Below, piece by piece: positions 40,839 through 52,689 of a stretch of DNA of 64,000 bases. Position numbers and translations under genes: made by a program. Under the pieces are notes generated by a model. The model was given only the letters and a program-made list of their open reading frames with translations, was not told the origin of the DNA and made no database searches. The stretch comes from Octopus sinensis. Taxonomy: Eukaryota. How positions within the stretch are numbered: position 1 is the stretch's first letter; every line of letters starts with the position of its first letter. The stretch covers positions 73,408,001 through 73,472,000 of the forward strand of contig NC_043006.1 of NCBI RefSeq assembly GCF_006345805.1, in the 5' to 3' direction.

Positions 40839-41133
40839 GTGGAGGCACGTGGCCTATTGGTTAGAGCAGCGGACTCGCGGTCGAGGGATCGCGGGTTCGA
40901 GTCTTAGACCTGGCGATGTCTGTGTTTATGAGCGAAACACCTAAGCTACACGCGGCTCCGGCAGAAGGTAATGGTGAACTTCTGCTGACTCTTTCGCCAC
41001 TTTCTCTCACTCTTTCCTCCTGCATCTAGCAGCTCACCGGCGTCCTGTCCAGGTAGGGGAATCTATACGCGAATGAAACCGTTAAACCGGTTATGAGCCA
41101 GGCATGGCTCGAGAAGGAACAAACAACAACATA
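40839..41133 (+). mobile_element. SINE family C variant
   Basis: Colinear with 10665-10968. Confidence 0.85.
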
Positions 41134-41189
41134 TATATCAGATAATACTTCGTAGAGACTATTAATATACATACATATATATATGCACG

Positions 41190-41400
41190 AAAGGTGCCGA
41201 AATGTTGCTGGCTTTAAGGGTATCGTGCAAGGACTAGCTGGAGACCCATCCTTCCGAGTTCTTTTACAAGACTTAGAAAAACTGAAGGGCCGCTGCAATA
41301 AATGTGCGAATCTGAGAAGGGAATACGTTGAATAAAATCATATTTAACTGATCCTCCTGTATTTTCTTTCGCCAAAAGTTTTTTCAGCATTCTCTCGTAT
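41190..41400 (+). mobile_element. Mariner 3'-end fragment
   Basis: Translates as ..LEKLKGRCNKCANLRREYVE* followed by a TIR-like end CTCGTA. Confidence 0.6.
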
Positions 41401-41988
41401 ATTAATAGCAGTAGTGGAGGGAGGAAGTTGGTAGCTCGGTGTACCTCTCTCTTCCCCCGTTCTACCATTAAATGTTCCTGCATCATGATCTGGAATGTTA
41501 GATTTTTATCGCACCACCTTGAAGACGGTGTCCAGATCTATCCAATATTTATATGCTTCCATTACTGATTGCATATTCTGATGAACTAGAATACATCTGC
41601 CAACATTATGAAGTAACTCCGAACCCCTAGAAACACCATACCGTCTCTCCTTTCATTTTCTGTGTCTTTGTACTCCATATAAGTTTACTCTGTTAATATA
41701 TAAATATCTACGCCTGTATTTACACTGTATGTATTTCGTCATCTGAAAATTTTCAGTCTTTGCTTTCTCTTTATTTACATGTATACATGTATATATATTT
41801 TGTATATCAAACCGAAGTAGTTTTAGCTGATTATTTGCATCATTTTATCCTTCTCTTTCTCTTCCTCTGTCTCTCCCTTTCTCTCTCTCTCTCTACCTAC
41901 CTACCTACCTACCTACCTACCTACCTACCTACCTACCTACCTACCTACCTACCTACCTACCTACCTACCTACCTACCTACCTACCTAC

Positions 41989-42039
<51 letters not shown>

Positions 42040-42509
42040 CCCGACCTCTTTTGATCGGAATTTTACATTTGTTCCCTTTTTTTCCCTTTTACTTTTCCAT
42101 TTTCGAAAATAAAATCTCTACATTTGTATTTGTCCCCTCTGTGTTCATCCCTGTGTGGCCAATAAAGAAAGTTATCCATCTATCTATCTATCTACATATA
42201 TATATATATATATCTATATATATATATATCTATATATATATATATATCTATATATATATATATAATATATATATATATACATATATATATACCAACATTC
42301 GAAGCTCCGACGATACTATAAAGCAAGGCTCACGTACTGAAATATGAGTGCATTATATCTTATTACAGAAACAGCTGTTAGGTAATGACATTCATTGCAT
42401 AATTTCTTGTCATTTATATAACCTCTCATTACGTTCTGTACTCGACTAACGCCTTTTCATTTAGCATATGTATATTGAGTTCTAACGCCAGGTTAACAGT
42501 ATCGCTATG

Positions 42510-42550
42510 CCTAAACACATATATATATACATATACATATATGTATATGC

Positions 42551-42626
<76 letters not shown>

Positions 42627-42818
42627 CATATATATATATTATATATATACATACATATACATATATGTATATGCATATATATATATATAATATACATACA
42701 TATATATATATATATACATACATATACATTATGTATATGCATATATATATAATATGCATACATATACATATATGTATATGCATATAATATATAATATATA
42801 CATATACATATATGTATA

Positions 42819-42864
<46 letters not shown>

Positions 42865-42918
42865 TGTATATGCATATATATATATATATGTATATGCATA
42901 TATATATATATATATGAT

Positions 42919-42949
<31 letters not shown>

Positions 42950-43157
42950 ATATATATATATATATACATATATGTATATGCATATATATATAATATATAT
43001 ATATGTATATGCATATATATATATATATCTATATATATATATATATATACATATGTATATGCATATATATATATATACATATATATATATACATATATGT
43101 ATATACATATATATATATATAATATATATATATGTATATATATATATATGTATATGC

Positions 43158-43203
<46 letters not shown>
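42510..43203. repeat. ~700-bp compound (TA)n/TATGTATATGCA microsatellite
   Basis: Direct reading; similar tracts at 43900-44395 and 51030-51410. Confidence 0.95.
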
Positions 43204-43230
<27 letters not shown>

Positions 43231-44275
43231 TAAGTGTGTGTGTGTGCGTGTTTATATATGTATGCCACATTTCTTTCTCAGTAGAACAATTGCTGTATGT
43301 ACGAAGATAATTGCATAGTACATCGATCTGCACCGACTTTTGTAAAAGCATAATTATACCTCACTGTCTCGCCACTGTTTCTTTGTGAGTCGAACATATT
43401 TTTCCATATTCAAAGGCTATTTGATATTGAAGGTAAACAATGATTAGAAGATGGTGGTTTTTTCAGCCGTATATGTCAAGTGAGAGATAACCGACAAAGC
43501 TGGATTAGTGATGGCATTTTATCGGTTATTGGATTTTCTAGAAAACAGTGAAGTACTTGTCAGTTTCATGATACTTCAAACCTCAACACATGAAATGAAT
43601 AACGATACACCCATAAACACCCACATACGTACAACTCACTACACACACACACAGAAAAAGAAAACATACATAAAAAGACAGACACACACAGACACATACA
43701 AACACACATATATGCACGTATGTATGCATACACGGAAAAGCTTGCACAGTCACATAGGCACACATACATAAACACATACACAGACATGCACAGAGTCACA
43801 CACACATGAATATACACGTATATCATAAACACATGCCTGGATGTATACATACGCATAAATAAATGCATACATACGCATATGTAATAAATATCTAATCTTC
43901 CTTCTGTTGTAATATGTATATATATGCATATATATATGTATATATATATGTATGTATATGTATTTATATGTATGTATAAATAATGTATATATGTAAGTAT
44001 ATAGGTATATATATGTATATATATGTATATATTATATGTGTATATATATATATGTGTGCGTATATATATATAGTGAGAATTTACGAAAAAAACAAAAGAC
44101 GAAGACGGGTGTGCAAACAACAAACAGATGTATATATATATGTGTGTGTGTATATATATATGTGTGTGTATATATATATATATATGTATATGTATATATG
44201 TATATGTATATATGTATATGTATATATATTTTTTTGTTTCAGCACAGAGCTGTAGCCACGCTGATGCACTGCCGT

Positions 44276-44352
<77 letters not shown>

Positions 44353-44625
44353 ATATATATTATATATATATATATGTATATATGTAGATGCATATAACAT
44401 ATAGTAATAAACCGTTCCTCAAGGAAACTGATACCCTAATAATGACAGTATAATCCCGATCCATTTATGGTACAACCAATACACAGATAAATAAAAGCAC
44501 GTACTTTCTCTTTGAGGCTTTGTCTGTTCGACCGTCTGCCTGTGTGTCTTTCACCTTATGTATCAGGCTATCTTTTATACGAGATGGTTGTTATATTCGT
44601 TAAACAGATAGTTTGATGGATTGGA

Positions 44626-44673
<48 letters not shown>

Positions 44674-44961
44674 AGAGAAAGAGAGAGAAAGAGATAGATA
44701 GATTTGTTGATAGAGAGAGAAAGAGAGAAAGAAAAACGCGTGTTCGCGAAATAAGAAAACAGTATATCTGTATAAAAAACCCAGAATATTCAATGCCAGA
44801 ATGGGAGAGTTAAATTACGTAATATGATGCACTGTTTATATTGTGTGCTTGGATACACACACACTCTCACACACACACACATGTAATATACCTCCACATG
44901 CTTACATAAATAAATAAATAAATATATATATTTACATATATTTATGTACATATATAATTAT

Positions 44962-45332
44962 TAGCTTGCTAACCAACCACATGGTTCCGGGTTCAGTCCC
45001 ACTGCGTGGCATCTTGGGCAAATGTCTTCTGCTATAGCCCCGGGCCGACCAATGCCTTGTGAGTGGATTTGGTAGACGGAAACTGAAAGAAGCCTGTCGT
45101 ATATATGTATATATATTTATATATATGTGTGTCTGTGTTTGCCCCCCTAGCATTGCTTGACAACCGATGCTGGTGTGTTTACGTCCCCGTCACTTAGCGG
45201 TTCGGCAAAAGAGACCGATAAAATAAGTACTGGGCTTACAAAGAATAACTCCCAGGGTCGATTTGCTCGACTAAAGGCGGTGCTCCAGTATGGCCGCAGT
45301 CAAATGACTGAAACAAGTAAAAGAGTAAAGAG
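44962..45332 (+). mobile_element. SINE family A, slightly 5'-truncated
   Basis: Near-identical to 8632-9030. Confidence 0.9.
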
Positions 45333-45379
45333 TATGTGCACACCCCCAAACACATACACACAGATATATATATATTCAA

Positions 45380-45703
45380 GGCGCATGGCTCAGTGGCTAG
45401 AGCGTCGACCTTACGATCGTGAGGTTGTGAGTTCGATTCCTGGACCGGGCTGCGTGTTGTGTTCTTGAGCAAGACACTTTATTTCACGTTGCTCCAGTTA
45501 ACGCAGCTGTAGAAATGAATTGCGACATCACTCGTGCCAAGCTGTATCGGCCTTTGCCTTTCCCTAAGATAACATCAGTGATGTTGAAAGAGGAGGCCGG
45601 TATGCATGGGCGACCTTCCACAAACGACTTTGCCCGGACCTGTGCCTTGGAGGGTAACTTTCTAGGTGCAATCCCATGGTCATTCATGACCGAAGGGGGT
45701 TTC
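45380..45703 (+). mobile_element. SINE family E, full length
   Basis: tRNA-like head GGCGCATGGCTCAGTGG..GTTCGATTCC plus CORE-like block. Confidence 0.88.
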
Positions 45704-45741
45704 ATATCATATATCATCTCATATCATATCATATACATACA

Positions 45742-45795
<54 letters not shown>

Positions 45796-46195
45796 TAATA
45801 TTATATATATATATATATATAATATATATATATAATATTATATATATATATATATAATATATATATAAAAATTCAACAACAATTAAGGAATGGCCTTAAT
45901 CGGTCATTCGGCCCACTAGAAGAAGCAGCCAGGACTCAAACCGCTAAGTAGTAGTAATTCAGAGATTAAGTGAAAATTTATAAACATTTACCCTAATTCA
46001 TCTTTAGACGATGCATCGTTTCGGTGTTTTTAATGGCAAACTAGCTTAATTAAATTAAATTAAGTCAATCTACCAAAGGCTACACCCCATCAGTAAAGAA
46101 TTTATATATATAGCCTTTGACTATTTTCTCTTTCCCACTAGACCGCTGGTAGCGATAAATTTCTATTGAATTTTTTGCTACCCTAAATTGATTAA

Positions 46196-46506
46196 GCGTC
46201 GAGCTTACGATCGTGAGGTTGTGAACTCGAATCCCGGACCGGGCTGCGTGTTGTGTTCTTGAGCAAGGCACTTTATTTCACGTTGCTCCAGTTCACTCAG
46301 CTGTAGAAATGAGTTGCGACGTCACTGGTGCCAAGCTGTATCGACCTTTGTCTTTCCCTTGGATAACACTGGTGGCGTGGAGAGGGGAGGCTGGTATGCA
46401 TGGGCGACTGCTGGTCTTCCATAGACAACTTTGCCCGGACTTGTGTCTAGGAGGGTAACTTTCTAGGTGCAATCCCATGGTCATTCATGGCCGAAGGGGG
46501 TCTTTA
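46196..46506 (+). mobile_element. SINE family E
   Basis: Colinear with 45395-45703. Confidence 0.88.
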
Positions 46507-47362
46507 TATATATATATATATATAATATTATATATATATAATATATATATATATTATATATATATACACATATGCATGCATACATACTACATACATACAT
46601 ATTTATTACAGAAAAATGTATGAGGTACGATGTATTCTATGGTTGTTTAAATTCTGAAATTTCAAAATGTTCTATATGTAGTCGGTGATTGATTACATCT
46701 GTACTTGAGATCATTTAAGTTTCTTTAAGAAAAGAGACTCACATAGACATGCATAAACACAACCCCTCACTGAAATATTATAACACACATATAGATTTTA
46801 TATAGTAAAAACGTGAAACAACAAAAACCTTAAAGAAAGGAACTTTTTCTCCAGTCTCTCGACGTGATAGAAATAGCTACCAATGTTTTGTTTCCAAATC
46901 ACTGCGCATCGTAGTTTGAAAATTAATGGAAAGTGGATGCTAACTTGTTAAATTATTTTCTACCACTAAAATTTTCTGAAATAACCACCAGAATATTTTC
47001 TTATTTTCTCTACTGAAGTGTTTCTGTATGTTTATAATCAAGATTACATTCATTTTTATCAGCATAGAAAACTACATCAAAACCACAGCTTTTTAAAAAT
47101 AATGTAATGAAAAATCTAAATACTTCAAGTGGTCGGAAGAAATTTAACAAATTTCAGCGTACTTTCCCCTCACAAGAATAAATAAGTAAACAACTAACTC
47201 ACTTACGTAGGATGTGTGGTGTCATTAAGAAGCTCGCCTAGCATGCGTGTGGTTTGGGTTCGGTCCTACTCACGGCGCCGTAGGCAAGTGTTTTTTACTA
47301 TAACCTTGGGCAGGCCAACGCCTTGCAACATTATTTTGTTTGCGAAAGCAGCAAGGTATCTT

Positions 47363-47445
<83 letters not shown>

Positions 47446-48751
47446 GTACATACACACACACACACACACGTACATATATATGTACGTGTGTGTGTGTCTT
47501 TGTGTTTGTTTCCAAACCACCATTTGATAATCGGTGTTGATGTGTTTACGTTCCTGTAACTCAGTGGTTCAGCAAAAGAGACTGATAAAATAAGTGCCAG
47601 ATTAAAAAAAAAATGTTCTCAGATCGATTTCTTCCACTGAACCCTTCAAGGCGGTACCCCAATACAAACGCTGCACATGACTAAAACATGTAAAAAAATT
47701 CACATACTGCCGTATTTTAAAGAAAAGAATAGAGGAATATTGTTGTCTTATATGTACCATGCTTCATGAATATAATAAGAGATGGTCTTGGCTGGAGCGC
47801 TTTGGATAAAGATACTCTAAAATGGATTCCTGTCAAGGGCAATATTATATTTTATGCATTGAGGTCAAATAAAAGGTGTTCACATGAGTGATTTGAGGGT
47901 TTTGTGGTCAAAATGATTACAAGATCCTCAAATCAATCGCTACTGTATTTTAAGAGAATGGAAATTTTATGATGCCTAACGTATATATCTGAATAACGTA
48001 TATATCTGAATAAAAGACGTGATGGTGACAGCTGGAACACTTTTGATCACAGCCCCCAAATCGCTCACTAAACTTTAATACTTTTGGCCATGCATGTACA
48101 CGATCAGAGCTCGCCTGGACTAAATGAAAAATTGGTTCTCCACTGATTTCGACGGTGTGCGCTCAGTTGCTTGAGCAACTCTCTCAGCTGCTCATTGACA
48201 CTCTTTGAATTGCTTGATTACTGAATATACAAACGGATATTTACATCAGCATATTAACACTACTTATAATAGTAGTCTTTCCTGTCCGAGAAAGACGTTT
48301 CTGCACTTTCTTGCCGAACAACTTGCACAGTTGTTTTGTTTATAGCGATCATATATTCGTGTTACACATTAGCTCAATTCCTCCATCAAATCGACATAAT
48401 CTGTATATGTCCATGTTGTGCCATACGTCAAATGTCGAAGTGATCGAAGAGCAACTTGAAATATATAGTTTTTCTCAAGAACACAACGCATCGCCCAGTC
48501 AAGGAATCGAACCCACGATCTCACGATCGTGAGTACTACGGCCTAACTATTAGGCCATGCACCCTCAACACTACTGCAGTATTATATTAATACTACTAAC
48601 GACAACCCTTCTGCTTCTATGCCGAACAAAACCGTATATCTAGATCATTTCTCACCTTCACCAGGTAAGTAGGAAAAGAGGCTCCAAAGAGGTAAAATGA
48701 TTCTGAAATATATACCGGTTTCGAGATATTACGAAGAAATTCGAAACATCT

Positions 48752-49135
48752 TTGTGTGGAAAGTAGCTTGCTTACCAGCCGCATGGTTCCGGGTTCAGTC
48801 CTACTGCGTGGCACCTTGGTCAAGTGTCTTCTACTATAGCTTCGGGCTGACCAAAGCCTTGTGAGTGGATTTGGTAGACGGAAACTGAAAGAAGCCCGTC
48901 GTCTATATGTATATGTGTGTGTATGTGTGTGTTTGTGTGTCTGTGTTTGTCCCCCAACATGGATTAACAACCGATGCTGGTGTGTTTACGTCCCTGTAAC
49001 TTAGCGGTTCGGCAAAAGAGACCGATAGAATAAATATTAGGCTTACAAAGAATAAGTCATGTGGTCGATTTGCTCGACTAAAAGCGGTGCTCCAGTATGG
49101 CCGCTGTAAAATGACTGAAACGAGTAAAAGAGTAA
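48752..49135 (+). mobile_element. SINE family A flanked by a 40-bp direct repeat
   Basis: ATACCGGTTTCGAGATATTACGAAGAAATTCGAAACATCT at 48712-48751 and 49136-49175. Confidence 0.9.
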
Positions 49136-49530
49136 ATACCGGTTTCGAGATATTACGAAGAAATTCGAAACATCTGAAATTACAATACAGACTGTATGTT
49201 GGTAAAAAATGTTTTGCAAAATAGCTAAAAGGAACAAACAAAACAAAAAGACAAACAGAACAAAAAGTGATGAAAAATAATTTAAAATTAATTTGCGGAA
49301 ATGATTCGAATAATGAATATCCCAAATAAAATATTTCAGATACAATAAACATTAAAGAATATTTAGCAAAGAAGTAAAAAAAATAATTAAATTACATTTA
49401 AAGAGCAATTATAAATTGCTATAAAAATCTATAAGAAATAATGAAAAAATTATTTAACATTAAAAGTACAGTCATCGTACTTTATACAGATACATGCACA
49501 CACACATACACATGCACACAGACATATATT

Positions 49531-49675
49531 CACAATAGCGTAGGGGCCGGAGGGTCGGTCCATCCCAGGAGGCACTACTTTTGGGTGTGCTGTAGGCAAT
49601 ATGTACTTTTAGTAGGGGCCCGAGACCGGCAAATTAAGGGGCCACCCTGGGCAGCATAGTAGCTACGCTAGTGTG
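49531..49675. mobile_element. Small GC-rich MITE-like element
   Basis: Terminal inverted CACA(A/C)TAGCGTAG / CTACGCTAGTGTG. Confidence 0.4.
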
Positions 49676-50449
49676 AATATATATAAAACTTACTTGGAAA
49701 AGGACGCGTAGCGTTGCCACGCATCCAAGTAAGTTTTATCTTAATAATTACGATGCACACTCTTATTCTTTCTCTTTTCTGCCTATCTATCTCCCTCTCT
49801 TGTTCTTCTTCCTTTCTGTTTTTCTCTCCCACCCTTTCCCTAGTCTTCTCCTCTCCCCTTCACCGTTCCCCCTCTCTCTTACTCTTCTCCTTGACTCTCT
49901 TGCTGGTCACACGTGACAAACGGCCATCCATCTTTCTTTCTTCCACTTCCTTCCTAAAGACAAGACGTACTTTTATCCGTCTCTTCTCAAAGCCCGTTTT
50001 TCCAGCATTCACAACTTCACATCGTCTTGGCTTAACCATTTTATTTACTGCTTTGTTCTCACTGTCCAGCTTTTGTTACCACTTTCACTATCCACAAAAT
50101 ATCTCAAATTTTATTTAATTTGCTTTGCAGGAAGTACTGTTTTAACGAAGTTGCGTCTTGTCCTTACCTTCGAAACGTGGAGTGGATAAAACAGCGAAGA
50201 AATGATGAAAGGAATATTCTTTATGCTGCACGTCTCGTTTCTCTGTTTTTTTTCATTGTTCGAAAAAAGTTCGTTTTCTATGTTTTTGTTTTTTATGTTC
50301 CCCTTTCTCATTCAGTCTACGTTGTTTTGATGTCCTATACCCATTTATGCATGTATATATACATATATATGTAGGTATGTACATATATGTATGTATATAT
50401 GCATATATTTATATATTGTTTGTATTATATTATATTATATTATATTATG

Positions 50450-50480
<31 letters not shown>

Positions 50481-50484
50481 GATA

Positions 50485-50792
50485 ATGAAAGAAGGTTTGA
50501 CAATGCATTTTTAAAAGATGCTTATTTACTTGACGGTTTAACTTTTTTAGAAAAAGATGTTAAAGAACATGTTAAAAACAGTTTACAAGGGACCCAAGAT
50601 TTTCCCTTGTAAACTGTTTTTAACATGTTCATATTATTATCAAAGAATGTATATATGTATTTTAGTATTTTGTGACAACCATAACACAAGAAAGCTTTTA
50701 TATGTTACTTTTGAAAATCTTTTTCTAAAAAAGTGAAACCGGTCAAGTAAATAAACACATTTTATAATTGCATTTTTCAAACCTTCTTTCAT
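50485..50792. repeat. Foldback/MITE-like palindrome
   Basis: Perfect 27-bp stem 50565-50591/50604-50630 plus imperfect ~70-bp outer arms. Confidence 0.85.
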
Positions 50793-51054
50793 ATATAATT
50801 CCACTCCTGCGGTACCTTACAAATCCACTTTGTTATATATATATATATATACACATGTGAGCAGGTAGATGCAACAAAAAAGTATGGAAAATAGTAATTG
50901 AATACCAAGGTTAGAGGAAAATGCTCTTTTAATTGAGTCTGAAATGACTTCGCAGAGTGTTACTCAAAGTTTCATGTAACTGACGATCAAAGATATTACG
51001 ACAGTCGTGAATATTCACGACAGTTTGATGTCTGGTTATATATATATATATATA

Positions 51055-51102
<48 letters not shown>

Positions 51103-51420
51103 TATATATATATCGTATATATATACGTATATATAGTATATATATACGTATATATATACGTATATATATACGTATATATATGTATATATATGTATATACA
51201 TATATATATATGCATATATATATATAATACATATATAATATATAATATACATATATATATACATATATATATACATATATAACATATATATACATATATA
51301 TATACATATAAATACATTAATATATATAACATATTTTATATATACATAATACATATACATATATATATATATCTATTATATATATATATATATAAATATG
51401 TATATATATGTAGGTAAGTG

Positions 51421-51738
51421 AAGGCGCGTGCTTAGTGGTTATGCCATTCGGTTCACGATAAGGTCGTGAGTTCGATTCCCCGCGACGCGTTGTGTTCTTG
51501 AGCAAGACACTTTATTTCACGTTGGTCCAGTCCACTCAGCTGGCAAAAATGAGTTGTACCTGTATTTCAAAGGGCTGACCTTGTCACAATTTGTACCATG
51601 CTGAATCTCCCTGAGAACTACGTTAGTTGTACGCGTGTCTGTGCATTGCTCAGTCACTTACACGTTAATTTCATGAGCAAGCTGTTCCGCTGATCGTATC
51701 AGCTCGGACCCTCGTCGTCGTAACCGACGGAGTGTTCC
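51421..51738 (+). mobile_element. SINE (CORE-like head, family C-like tail)
   Basis: GGCGCGTGCTTAGTGG..GTTCGATTCCC head, GTTCTTGAGCAAGACACTTT, GAGAACTACGTTA tail. Confidence 0.8.
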
Positions 51739-51758
51739 TATATATGAATGTATATATT

Positions 51759-52110
51759 TACGAGGCCTGATCAATAAATATCCGGACTGTTGCCATAGAA
51801 ACGAAGCTAAAGCACGCAGAGTAAAGCTGCTTGCTAAAGATTGACCTTGAACCCTGCTGATTACGTGCACTAAGTTTTAACGTTGTAGCTCACTTCAGCT
51901 ATTTACAGCAGTGCCTGGAAGGAAGGTGTATAGCATTTGGTCGTCGCATTGATCACGACAGAGAAAGCTGTCATGACAACACCTGCTCAGATGCCAACGC
52001 AAAGTAGCAGAAAGTGTATGGAGAGCAGTGTATGACCTGCACATTGCAAAAAATAAAAAAGGATTAAGATAAAATATACTATTTCTGAGATATTTCGGGT
52101 ATCACAAAAC
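51759..52110 (+). mobile_element. Mariner-like 5' fragment
   Basis: Begins TACGAGGCCTGATCAATAAATATCCGGAC, a mariner-type TIR after TA; no intact ORF. Confidence 0.5.
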
Positions 52111-52146
52111 ATCACTAGGAGTTTAGTATTATCAAGATATATATAC

Positions 52147-52235
<89 letters not shown>

Positions 52236-52633
52236 TATATGTGTATGTGTGTGAGTGCGCGTGTGTGCATATTTGCGCATCTCTCTCTGAGTCTCGTCGT
52301 CATTCGTCTGTCTTCTTGTCTCTCTCCCCCCTCTCTCTCTATTTGTCTGTACATATATATTATATATATACTATATTTATAATTATATAGATAATTATAT
52401 TAAAGGGTGCGGGGTTGACCACATCAACACGCGAGAAATAGATGAAAAATGGCTCTAAACCACCATTAGAGCCATTTGCATCTGTTTTTAGCGTGTTGGT
52501 GTGGTGTTTATTATATATATTATATATATATATATATTATATATTATAAAAATATTATTGAGACAAAACCACTATTTTGCAAAACAAACAAGGAAAGACT
52601 TAATCAATACATAAAATTTAATAAATAGTCAAA

Positions 52634-52689
52634 GAAACCGCCACTACAATCGTTTCTTGTCTTGATCGACAATCTTCAGGTGGACTTCC
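52634..52689 (-). ncRNA. Type I hammerhead ribozyme (downstream pseudo-LTR)
   Basis: CCAC-CUGAAGA-UUGUC(GAUCAA)GACAA-GAAA-C(GAUU)GUA-GUGG. Confidence 0.85.

Noticed and set aside
42429-44404. Many overlapping Tyr-Ile ORFs (also 8944-9441, 50929-51360)
   Set aside because: Translations of (TA)n/(CA)n microsatellites
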